A stretch of 46,318 nt of DNA. It comes from an uncultured Clostridia bacterium (GTDB lineage Bacteria > Bacillota > Clostridia > Oscillospirales > Acutalibacteraceae). Positions 20,501 through 28,339 of this stretch are shown piece after piece (position 1 is the stretch's first letter; each line of letters opens with the position of its first letter). The translations under genes and the position numbers were made by a program. The notes below the pieces were generated by a model. That model searched no databases and was not told the DNA's origin. It worked only from the letters and a program-made list of their open reading frames with translations. The stretch lies in assembly GCA_946405475.1 (NCBI GenBank), contig CAMJHI010000001.1:1-46318 (forward strand), read 5' to 3'.

Positions 20501-20817
20501 CCGTAGAGGATGTTGCGAAACAGCGCCTCGGGCGAGGGCGCGTTGACGTCGCCGTTTTCGTAGCAGCTGCCGGACACGAACCATCTGCCCTGCGCGACAA
20601 GTTCCTTGAGCGTTTCAAATTCCGCCGGATAGTATTCCTCCATCAGCTCATACCGGTAGCTGCCCTCAAAGCTGAAGCGGTATTCGGGGAACCGCCGGAA
20701 CAGGGCGAAATTATCCTTGAGCGTTTTCGGAATGTGTTCCCGCAGCGTCGTTTCAAAGTCCCAGTTCCAGGACGTATCAAGGTGAGCGGTCGCAACGGTG
20801 TAGATTCTTGCGCGCAT
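17578..20817 (-). CDS. alpha-mannosidase, glycoside hydrolase family 38
   Basis: ATG at 20817 (MRARIYTVATAHLDTSWNW...) after a GGAGGAAG SD. GH38 N-terminal motifs are present (HLDxxW, GRWxxSG, LPDCFGF). No signal peptide. Confidence 0.9.
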   Translation of the reverse strand: MRARIYTVATAHLDTSWNWDFETTLREHIPKTLKDNFALFRRFPEYRFSFEGSYRYELMEEYYPAEFETLKELVAQGRWFVSGSCYENGDVNAPSPEALFRNILYGNGYFRKTFGKESLDIYLPDCFGFGWALPSVAAHCGLRGFTTQKLMWSSAYGIPFDLGRWVGVDGKWIYAELDAGDYTRVFKKPVREIPVVRKKVRDNLKRYDLPFSEILHGVGDCGGAPKTDSVLTACMDERQNPYCEEDVVCASTDQIFRDMDEELTPEQLDKMPVWNNELVFSDHAVGGYTSRAQGKRFNRRCEMLADAAERVNVAAMLLGAEYPQTALDEAWKRTIAHQFHDDITGTSMNVCYKRNWNDYCLALNRFAEEYRAGASHVVKAIDTSFVQGTAAVVFNPVQNGSERVETVSAALTGWKKPFARVFDAQGREVPAQVRRDGGRLTVLFSARVPSVGYAVYDIRPSDTACSVNGALKATERMLENENLIVRFNAQGDICSIIEKATGREALSAPMTLDLFAYDGSLAWPAWELNYKEVTADPVCRAAHPKFVLEDYGQARVSLKIVRTARGSTFTQIVSLDAGANRVNVQNEVEWRSPRTLLKAAFPLAAANPKASFDLGLGAIERGNSTRRLYEVPAQMWADITQPDGAFGVSVFSDSRVGWDKPNDSTLRLTCVHTPRNQYREESKMNMLDLGLNRFGYSVYPHGGDWSEAQTQRQANEFNQPMAVFLTDSHPGAWGERASLLSVSNEAVLVRCVKKAQDSDRIVIRVNNGTPHACQDVQLSFAAGIEAAEETTGDERPLGEAVVENGKLTFDLSPYAVRTFAVTPKALAAQTVQPVYEPVALPFDTAVASPDDDRSDGIFDGCSLSERLLPEHLLCGGVPFEIAKSGVNAVRCAGQTVAIDPEADGVYLLAASAGGDKRAYFTVGDSDMALNVLSAREAVGAWDLYALGETGYIKKETVGLVMTHLHKTGGDVYGATACFFRYYLPAKGAAQITLPHDRDVIILAATAVKGRVDCRTAGELYDSLEKRPFDFVYDEREEAYAHLNRFERSLGEFRFQKEFKLNRIDFDFHLDRYKKAGERK

Positions 20818-20937
20818 AGCAGCTTCCTCCGGTTTGGCATTGGCATAAAGGACTATAATCAAAGTTATTATAATACACTTTTTTGCCAATAGTAAAGTAC
20901 AATCAGAAAATAATTAAAAAAAGTGGTGATGCGGCTC

Positions 20938-22251
20938 ATGGCGGCCTTCTGTCAGGCGTTGATGTGGAACCCGTTGTTTCTGGGGCTGTTTCTGTTTACG
21001 GGCGCTTTTTTCACGCTGCGCTCGCGCTGTTTCGTGTTCCGCCGCCCGCTGACGGTGCTGCGCGCGACGTTCGGGCAGATGCTTCGCCCAAACAAGGGCG
21101 GCATCTCGCCTTTCCGGGCGCTGAGCTGCTCGCTGGCGGCGTGCCTGGGCACGGGCAACATCGTGGGCGTGGCGAGCGCGCTGCTGCTTGGCGGCGCGGG
21201 CAGCGTGTTCTGGATGGTGCTTTCCGCTCTGCTCGGTATGGCCACCGCCTGTGCGGAAAACACGCTCGGCATCCTCTACCGCAAAAAAGACGAAACCGGC
21301 GCGTGGTCGGGCGGCTCGATGGCCTACATCGAAGCGGCGTTCGGCAGCCGTAAGGTCGCCTCGTTTTTTGCGCTTTGCTGTGTGGCGGTTTCACTGGGCA
21401 TGGGCTGCATGGCGCAGGTCAACGCCGCCGCACAGGCAATCCGGGAACAGCGGCCGGTTTCGCCGCTCGTTTGCGGGCTTGTGTTTGCCGCGCTGGCGGC
21501 GCCGGTCATTTTCGGCGGCGCGAAGCGCATCACCGCGCTGACGGAAAAGCTGATCCCGCCGCTGTGCGTCCTGTTTTTGCTGGCCTGCTGCGCCGTGCTG
21601 GTCAAATGCCGCGCCGAAGTGCTGCCGAGCCTTCGGCTGATCCTGCGGCAGGCGTTTACCCTGCGCAGCGCTGGGGCGGGGCTGACGGGCTTCACCTTGG
21701 CGCAGGCGATCCGCGTCGGCGTGGCGCGGGGCGTGTTTTCCAACGAGGCGGGACTCGGCTCCGCGCCGCTCATCCACGCCGCGGCCGAAGCGGCTTCGCC
21801 GTTTCAGCAGGGGCTCTGGGGCAGCGTCGAGGTGTTTCTCGACACGGTGCTTCTGGGCGCGGTCACAGCGCTGGTGTTTTTATGTTCCGGCGCGGCGCAG
21901 GCAGCCAAAACGCCGACCGAGATGACCGTGCTGGCGTTTTCCGCTGTGTTCGGGCGATTCGGCGGGACGTTCGTCAGCGTGACGCTCGCCGTGTTCGCGT
22001 TCGCCACGCTCGCCGGCTGGGCGTGCTACGGCGAAAAGGGCGCGGTGTATTGCTTCGGCAGGCGGAGCACGCTCCCCTACCGGCTCTCGTTTCTGGCGTG
22101 CGTCGTGCTGGGCGCGTGCGTCAAAGCCGAAGCCGTCTGGGCGCTGGCGGACGTATGCAACGCGCTCATGGCGCTGCCCAACCTGACCGCGCTGCTGTTT
22201 TTGCGGGAAGAGATCACGGAGCAAATGAAAAGGCCCCGTTTGCCAATCTGA
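20938..22251 (+). CDS. alanine/glycine:cation symporter (AGCS) family transporter
   Basis: ISPFRALSCSLAACLGTGNIVGVASALLLGGAGSVFWM is the AGCS signature, and the protein is multi-pass. Start uncertain: ATG at 20938 follows a GGTGAT SD, while the ORF track begins at GTG 20923. Confidence 0.88.
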   Translation: MAAFCQALMWNPLFLGLFLFTGAFFTLRSRCFVFRRPLTVLRATFGQMLRPNKGGISPFRALSCSLAACLGTGNIVGVASALLLGGAGSVFWMVLSALLGMATACAENTLGILYRKKDETGAWSGGSMAYIEAAFGSRKVASFFALCCVAVSLGMGCMAQVNAAAQAIREQRPVSPLVCGLVFAALAAPVIFGGAKRITALTEKLIPPLCVLFLLACCAVLVKCRAEVLPSLRLILRQAFTLRSAGAGLTGFTLAQAIRVGVARGVFSNEAGLGSAPLIHAAAEAASPFQQGLWGSVEVFLDTVLLGAVTALVFLCSGAAQAAKTPTEMTVLAFSAVFGRFGGTFVSVTLAVFAFATLAGWACYGEKGAVYCFGRRSTLPYRLSFLACVVLGACVKAEAVWALADVCNALMALPNLTALLFLREEITEQMKRPRLPI

Positions 22252-22268
22252 CAAACGGGGCCGATCAT

Positions 22269-22435
22269 TAGGTAACCACTGATTCAATCGCAGGCACGCA
22301 TCTTGACGGAGTATTTTTCGCCATATTTCACAAAAATACTCGTTAATGCAACCAGCATTGCCTGCGTTTTTTGCTTCATCTGACGAAAAATCTTCTCGCC
22401 AATCTGCATACCCCGATTGAATCAGCGGTTACTTA
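22269..22435 (-). repeat. MITE-like TIR-bounded repeat, copy 1 (diverged; inverted relative to copies 2 and 3)
   Basis: Terminal inverted repeats GTAACCACTGATTCAATCG (22272-22290) and CGATTGAATCAGCGGTTAC (22414-22432) match 18/19. TA lies on both flanks. The reverse complement aligns with 38203..38370 and 45471..45637. Confidence 0.85.
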
Positions 22436-22442
22436 GGTTTGA

Positions 22443-24164
22443 TTACGCCTTTTGACTCTTGCCGGTGACGGCTTTGATCACGGCCAGAACGCCGACGGTC
22501 ACGACCACCATGACGGGGGTAACGACGTACCAGTGCTGCAGTGCCGGGATGGCAACGAGCAGGTAGCCCACGAAGGAGATGCCCGCGACGGTGAGCGCAT
22601 AGGGCAGCTGGGTGGACACGTGGCTGACATGGTCACACTGCGCACCGGCCGAGGACATGATGGTGGTGTCGGAAATGGGCGAGCAGTGGTCGCCGCACAC
22701 GGCGCCCGCCAGGCAGGCGGACATGCCGATGATGTACAGTTCCGAAGACGGATTGAAGATGCTGGTCACGATCGGGATAAGGATGCCGAAGGTGCCCCAG
22801 GAGGTGCCGGTGGCAAAGGACAGACCGCAGGCCACCAGGAAGATGATGGCGGGCAGGAAGGAGGCAAGGCCGGAAGCGGCGCCTTCCATCAGGCCGGCCA
22901 CGTAATACTTCGCGCCGAGCAGACCGGTCATGTTCTTCAGAGCGGTCGCAAAGGTGAGGATCAGAATGGCGGGAACCATGGCCACAAAGCCCTTGGGGAT
23001 GGCTTCCATCGCTTCCTTCACGCTGACCACGCGGCGCGCAATGAGGAAGATGATGGCGAAGACCAGCGCGATCAGACCGCCCCACGGCAGGCCGACGGTC
23101 GCGTCGGTGTCGGAGAACGCCTGAACAAAGCTGGCGCCGCTGAGGATGCCGCCGTTATAAACAAGCGCGAACACGCACACGCCGATGAGCACGACGATGG
23201 GCAGCAGCAGGTCAATGACCTTGCCCTTCGGGTTGCCTTCTTCAGCGTCCTTGGCCTGATTCGCATCGGCCGCAACGGTGAAGAGATCGCCCTTGAGCGC
23301 GTTGGCTTCAAAGCGCTTCATCGGGCCGTAGTTGACCTTCATGATGCTCATGGCCAGAACAAACGCGAGGGTGAGCAGCGAATAGAAGTTGTAGGGAATG
23401 GCGCGCACGAACAGCGCGATGCCCTGCCCTTCATCCGCGTAGGAGGCCACGGCGGCCGCCCAGGAGGAGATGGGAGCGATCATGCAGATGGGCGCGGCGG
23501 TCGCGTCGATGAGGTAGGCCAGCTTGGCGCGGCTGATCTTGTGCGAATCGGTGACCGGACGCATGACCGAGCCGACGGTGAGGCAGTTGAAATAGTCGTC
23601 AATGAAAATCAGAACGCCCAGCGCAAAGGTGGCCACCTGCGCGCCCACGCGCGTTTTGATGTGCTTTTGCGCCCAGCGGCCGAACGCCGCCGAACCGCCC
23701 GCGCGGTTGACCAGCGCGACAAGAATGCCGAGCTGAACGAGGAACACGAAAATGCCGGCGTTGTCGGCCACCGCGCCGATCAGACCGTCGCTGACGATGT
23801 GATTGACCGTGCCGAGCGCGGAAAAGCCGGAAGCGAACAGGCCGCCCGCCAGGATGCCGATGAACAGCGAGGAATAAACCTCTTTGGTGATCAGCGCAAG
23901 GCCGATGGCGATGAGCGGCGGCACCAGCGCCATGAAGGTGGAATAATAAGCGCCGGACTGCACCGTGCCCTTGCCTTCGCAGTCCTCACAGGGGACGGTT
24001 TCGTACTGGTTGGTTTCTTCGTTGAATTCCGCGATCACGCCGCTGCCTTCGCAGGCGTCGCAGTCGATCTGCTTGCCGTCGCCGTGCATGGTGAAGCCGA
24101 GCACGACCACCAGAACCAGAGCGACCGCAATGGCAACGATCTTACCGATCAGGCTTTTTTTCAT
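22443..24164 (-). CDS. nhaC: Na+/H+ antiporter NhaC family protein with an N-terminal TM anchor and a CxxCxGxG zinc-finger module
   Basis: 573 aa. The core is NhaC-like and multi-pass (ALVPPLIAIGLALITKEVYSSLFIGILAGG...). The N-terminal 70 aa contain one TM helix plus CDACEGSG...CEDCEGKG. Confidence 0.85.
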   Translation of the reverse strand: MKKSLIGKIVAIAVALVLVVVLGFTMHGDGKQIDCDACEGSGVIAEFNEETNQYETVPCEDCEGKGTVQSGAYYSTFMALVPPLIAIGLALITKEVYSSLFIGILAGGLFASGFSALGTVNHIVSDGLIGAVADNAGIFVFLVQLGILVALVNRAGGSAAFGRWAQKHIKTRVGAQVATFALGVLIFIDDYFNCLTVGSVMRPVTDSHKISRAKLAYLIDATAAPICMIAPISSWAAAVASYADEGQGIALFVRAIPYNFYSLLTLAFVLAMSIMKVNYGPMKRFEANALKGDLFTVAADANQAKDAEEGNPKGKVIDLLLPIVVLIGVCVFALVYNGGILSGASFVQAFSDTDATVGLPWGGLIALVFAIIFLIARRVVSVKEAMEAIPKGFVAMVPAILILTFATALKNMTGLLGAKYYVAGLMEGAASGLASFLPAIIFLVACGLSFATGTSWGTFGILIPIVTSIFNPSSELYIIGMSACLAGAVCGDHCSPISDTTIMSSAGAQCDHVSHVSTQLPYALTVAGISFVGYLLVAIPALQHWYVVTPVMVVVTVGVLAVIKAVTGKSQKA

Positions 24165-24209
24165 GTGTCTTTCTCCTTTTTGAAAAGATATTCGGTTTTA
24201 ATGCAAAAT

Positions 24210-24238
24210 ATTGTAACGCTATTTTGCGAAAAGAGCAA
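24210..24238 (-). promoter_or_regulatory. sigma-A type promoter for the nhaC-like gene
   Basis: The minus strand reads TTGCTC-17 nt-TACAAT, about 45 nt upstream of the ATG at 24164. Confidence 0.45.
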
Positions 24239-24261
24239 GTGCTTTTTAAGAAAAAAGTCGA

Positions 24262-26403
24262 TTACAGCAGAATTTTCGTTTCGCCTGCTCCGATCTCCCG
24301 CACCATGTCGCCGATTTCGACCGTGGCGGTGCAGCCCGCGGGCACGACGAAGGTGTAGCAGATCTTGTCGCCCTCGACCTGCCAGCCGCTTTCGATGCGG
24401 CCATGGCGGCTTTCCAGCGCGGCCTTGGCGTAGGAAAGGCGTTTGTCGGCATAGGGTCGGAAGAGGATGTGCTTGTAGCCGGGGGCAGCCGGGTCGGGGT
24501 TGATGCCCGCCACGCCGCCGAAGAGCCAGTCGCACACCGCGCCGTAGGCGTAATGGTTGAACGAGTTCATGTCCTTGCTCCACATGGTGCCGTCGGGCTT
24601 GATGCCGTCCCAATGCTCCCAGATGGTCGTCGCGCCCTGCGTGATCGGGTAGAGCCAGCCGGGGTATTCGCGGCGCAGCAGGATGGTGTAGGCGGTTTCA
24701 CTGTAGCCGTAACGGCACAGAACGTGGTTGAGGTAAGGCGTGCCGACAAAGCCGGTTTTGAGATGGCCGCATTCGCTCACCAGCCGGTTGAGCTGGGCGG
24801 CGACCTTCGGGCGATCCTCTTCGGGGCAGAGCTCAAACGCGAGGCAGAGCACGCAGCCGGTCTGCGCGTCGACCTTCATCACGCCGTTTTCCATATAGGC
24901 GCGGCAGAACGCCGCCTTGATCTGCGGCAGACGGGCTTCATAATAAGACACGTCCAGCCCGAGCACGTGACCGGCGTTGATGAGAAGCTGGGTCGAATAG
25001 GCAAAGAACGCCGTGGCGAGCACGTCGTTTTTCGTCTTGTCGTCGTCGAGGTTGAGCCAGTCGCCGAAATGCCATTCGCCCTGCCATAGGTCGTCCGTGG
25101 AATGCTGGTCGATGTAATCGACCCATTTTTTCATGCTGCGGAACTGACGCAGCAGCAGCGTCTTGCTGCCGTAAGCCAGATACATCTGCCACGGAATGAT
25201 GGTGGCGCAATCCGCCCACGCGGCCGAGCCGCCGCCGCGATCGGAGAAGGTGTTGGGAATGACGTTGGGCACCTGACCGTTGGCGTACTGATCGTAGATC
25301 AGATCCTCCAGCCATTTGTCAAAGAATTTTTCCACGTCGAAGATCAGCGCGGCCGTGCGGGCAAAGGCCTGCGCGTCGCCCGTCCAGCCCAGGCGCTCGT
25401 CGCGCTGCGGGCAATCGGTGGGCACGTCGAGGAAGTTGCCCTTCTGCCCCCAGACCGTGTTTTTGAAAAGCTGATTGACCATGGGGTCGGAGCACTCGAA
25501 CCAGCCGGTGCGTTTGAGATCGGAATGGACCACCACGGCGGTGAAGTTTTCAAGTCTGACTTCCTCCGGCCAGTTTTCCAGCCGGATGAAGCGGAAGCCG
25601 TAGAAGGTATGCGTCGGCTTGTGGGTATGGGGCTTGCCGTCACAGATGAAGCGCATTTCCTGCTTGGCGGAACGCAGGTTTTCGGTGTAGAAATTGCCGG
25701 CGGCGTCGAGCACCTCGGCGTGCTTGATGCAGCATTCGTCGCCCGGTTTGCCGCAGATATGGAATTCCACATAACCCGTCACTTCCTGACCGAAATCGAT
25801 CACGGTTTCGCCCAGCGGCGTGGTGATGAGCTTTTGCGCGGGGAAGCGCTCGTGGGTGACCACGTCTTCGCCCTGCTGCGGCACCAGATAGTTGGCCGCC
25901 AGCGAAGATTTGACGGCGTGGCGGTCAAACGAGGGCGTAAAGTTCGCGTCGTAGATCTCGCCGTCATAAATGGTACTGAAACGGATCGGGCTTTCGGAAA
26001 CCAGCCACGATTCGTCAGTCCGGACGTACTCGACCGAGCCGTCCGTTTTGGTGATGGCCAGCGAAGCGATCACCGGCAGGGCGCTGGAACCGTTGGCCTG
26101 AAAGCTGTTGAACTTCGTCCAGCCGAGGCCGACGGAGATCTCCAGCACGTTTTTGCCGGGCTTCAATGCGACATCATAATTCTGGAACTGGATGCGGTTG
26201 CTGTAGCTCGTCCAGCCCGGCGCCATGACCCAGCGGCCGACCTCTTCGCCGTTGAGGAACGGCTTGTAGGCGCCGTAGGCCGACACGGACCAGACCGCCG
26301 AACGAACGTCGCTGCACTCGATCTCCTTGCGGTACAGGGCAACGCCGTTTTCCAGCGGTTCGGGGAATTCGATGAAACGCGCGCGGTAAATGTGCTCTTT
26401 CAC
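24262..26403 (-). CDS. alpha-L-rhamnosidase, glycoside hydrolase family 78
   Basis: 713 aa. It has the rhamnosidase N-terminal domain and the GH78 hallmark DCPQRDERLGWTGDAQAF. The start codon overlaps the ABC-F stop codon (ATGA). Confidence 0.9.
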   Translation of the reverse strand: MKEHIYRARFIEFPEPLENGVALYRKEIECSDVRSAVWSVSAYGAYKPFLNGEEVGRWVMAPGWTSYSNRIQFQNYDVALKPGKNVLEISVGLGWTKFNSFQANGSSALPVIASLAITKTDGSVEYVRTDESWLVSESPIRFSTIYDGEIYDANFTPSFDRHAVKSSLAANYLVPQQGEDVVTHERFPAQKLITTPLGETVIDFGQEVTGYVEFHICGKPGDECCIKHAEVLDAAGNFYTENLRSAKQEMRFICDGKPHTHKPTHTFYGFRFIRLENWPEEVRLENFTAVVVHSDLKRTGWFECSDPMVNQLFKNTVWGQKGNFLDVPTDCPQRDERLGWTGDAQAFARTAALIFDVEKFFDKWLEDLIYDQYANGQVPNVIPNTFSDRGGGSAAWADCATIIPWQMYLAYGSKTLLLRQFRSMKKWVDYIDQHSTDDLWQGEWHFGDWLNLDDDKTKNDVLATAFFAYSTQLLINAGHVLGLDVSYYEARLPQIKAAFCRAYMENGVMKVDAQTGCVLCLAFELCPEEDRPKVAAQLNRLVSECGHLKTGFVGTPYLNHVLCRYGYSETAYTILLRREYPGWLYPITQGATTIWEHWDGIKPDGTMWSKDMNSFNHYAYGAVCDWLFGGVAGINPDPAAPGYKHILFRPYADKRLSYAKAALESRHGRIESGWQVEGDKICYTFVVPAGCTATVEIGDMVREIGAGETKILL

Positions 26404-28319
26404 GATAATGCCTCCTCTATTTCATTCAACCGTTGGGTTGATTCTTCCCAGGTTTCCATCAGTTGTTCCACGCGCCGGTCAAGCTGAGAGATCTCTTCGG
26501 TGAGCGCGAGAACCTTTTCATAATCGGCCGATACGGCCGGATCCTGCAATTCTGCGTTGGCCTGTGTGATGCGTTCCTCGCAGGCGCTGATCTCCTGTTC
26601 GGTTCTTTGCAGCAGCGTTTTCAGCTTGCGGCGTTCGCTTTCCCGCTCTTTATTGAGCTTGTAGGCGTTCACCTTCGGCGCCGCTTTTTCCTGCCTGACG
26701 GCGTCCTGCTTCCGTTCCTCCATGCGGCGCAGATAATCGTCGTAATCGTTGCCGAAGGGCTCGACGCCGCCGGGGTTCAGGCGCAGGATGCGGGTGGAGA
26801 TCTTGTTGATAAAATAACGGTCGTGCGAAACGATGAGCATGGTGCCGTCATAATCAAGCAGCGCCTGCTCGAGCGCCTCGCGCGAGGTGATGTCCAGATG
26901 GTTGGTCGGTTCGTCGAGCAGCAGCAGATTGTAGCCGCCGAGCATGAGCTTGAGCAGCGCGACGCGCGCCTTTTCGCCGCCGCTGAGGTCGCCGACCCTG
27001 GCAAACACGTCGTCGCCCGTGAACAAAAACGCCGCCAAGGCGCTGCGCACCTGGGTCTGGCTCAGGCGCCGGTAAGAATCCCACACCTCATCCAGCACGG
27101 TCTTTTCGTCGTGCAGGCCCTCCAGACTCTGGTCAAAATAGCCCACGCGCACGTTTTCGCCGAATTTGCGCACGCCGCAATCGGGCTGATACTGCCCGAT
27201 GAGCACGCGCAGCAGCGTCGTTTTGCCGCAGCCGTTCGGGCCGAGCAGAAACGCGCGGTCGCCTTTTTTGAGCAGCAGGTCGACGCCGCTGAACAGCGGC
27301 TTGCCGCCGAAGCCCTTGGTCAGATCCTGACAGATCAGCACGTCGTTGCCGGTCTCCACCGCGGTTTCAAAATGAAAGCGCAGCGTTTTTTCCGGCGCGT
27401 CGGGCTTTTCCAGCCCGTCGAGCAGGCGGTCGATGGATTTCTGCTTGCTCTCGGCCGTGCGGATGTTGCGCTCGCGGTTCCACTGCTTTTGCTGTTCAAT
27501 GATCTTCTCAATGCGGCGGACTTCCTCCATCGTGTTGTCGTAATGCCGCTGCGCGATGACGCGGTCGCGCTCCTTTTGTTTGAGATATTCGGTGTAGCCG
27601 CCCTTGTAGGGGGTGATTTTTTTGTGATCGATCTCCAGCGTGCGGGTGGTCACGCGGTCAAGGAAATAACGGTCGTGCGAAATGATCAGCGCCGCGCCCT
27701 TATAATCGCGCAGGAAATTTTCAAGCCACTCGACCGAATCGATGTCGAGGTGGTTGGTCGGCTCATCCAACAGGATCAGATCCGGCTCGGACAGCAGCAG
27801 CTTCCCCAGACTCAGCTTGGAACGCTGACCGCCGCTGAGCTGATCGCAGCGCAGATCGTGCCGTTCCTGCGGAAAGCCCAGCCCGATGAGCGTGGCGCGC
27901 GCGCGGCTGCGGCAGGTGAGCCCCCCGCGGCGCTCGAACTGCTCCGTGAGGAACAGCATTTCTTCGATCAGCTCGGTCGAATCGCTGCCGCCGTTGATCA
28001 GCCGGCTCAATTCCCCCAGCCGCCGTTCCATGGCGAACAGGTCGGAGAAAACGGTGAGGATCTCTTCATAGATCGTCTTGGTCGAACCGGCGCAGGCGTG
28101 CTGCTCCATATAACCCACCACGGTGTTTTTGCCGGGGTGGATCTCGCCCGAGGTCGGCTCGAGCGAACGGAGCACGAGCTTGAACAGCGTCGTTTTGCCG
28201 GTGCCGTTGGCGCCGATGAGACCGACGCGCTCACCGGGCGCAATATCAAAAGAAGCGCCCTGAAACAGCACCCGCTCGCCGAACGACATGGTTAAATTTT
28301 GCGCAGAGAGAACAGCCAT
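26400..28319 (-). CDS. ABC-F family ATPase (two ABC domains, C-terminal coiled coil)
   Basis: ATG at 28319 (MAVLSAQNLTMSFGER...). Two Walker A motifs (GANGTGKTT, GPNGCGKTT) and two LSGG signatures. No TM domain. Charged helical C-terminus. Confidence 0.9.
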   Translation of the reverse strand: MAVLSAQNLTMSFGERVLFQGASFDIAPGERVGLIGANGTGKTTLFKLVLRSLEPTSGEIHPGKNTVVGYMEQHACAGSTKTIYEEILTVFSDLFAMERRLGELSRLINGGSDSTELIEEMLFLTEQFERRGGLTCRSRARATLIGLGFPQERHDLRCDQLSGGQRSKLSLGKLLLSEPDLILLDEPTNHLDIDSVEWLENFLRDYKGAALIISHDRYFLDRVTTRTLEIDHKKITPYKGGYTEYLKQKERDRVIAQRHYDNTMEEVRRIEKIIEQQKQWNRERNIRTAESKQKSIDRLLDGLEKPDAPEKTLRFHFETAVETGNDVLICQDLTKGFGGKPLFSGVDLLLKKGDRAFLLGPNGCGKTTLLRVLIGQYQPDCGVRKFGENVRVGYFDQSLEGLHDEKTVLDEVWDSYRRLSQTQVRSALAAFLFTGDDVFARVGDLSGGEKARVALLKLMLGGYNLLLLDEPTNHLDITSREALEQALLDYDGTMLIVSHDRYFINKISTRILRLNPGGVEPFGNDYDDYLRRMEERKQDAVRQEKAAPKVNAYKLNKERESERRKLKTLLQRTEQEISACEERITQANAELQDPAVSADYEKVLALTEEISQLDRRVEQLMETWEESTQRLNEIEEALS

Positions 28320-28339
28320 TTGGGTTTCCCTTTCGTGGT

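Noticed and set aside
17614-20892. 1092-aa + strand ORF
   Set aside because: Antisense shadow of the GH38 alpha-mannosidase gene. No SD and no recognisable domains, with R/A/G-rich composition.
20818-20937. AT-rich divergent spacer between the GH38 and AGCS genes, with two TATAAT hexamers. Checked for a glycine or other riboswitch and for clean promoters
   Set aside because: No riboswitch-like conserved core is present and the spacer is too short. The TATAAT boxes lack properly spaced -35 elements on either strand, so I did not call promoters here.
22452-24503. 683-aa + strand ORF rich in G/D/H/R
   Set aside because: Antisense to the NhaC transporter and running into the GH78 gene. Low-complexity and spanning an intergenic promoter region, so not coding.
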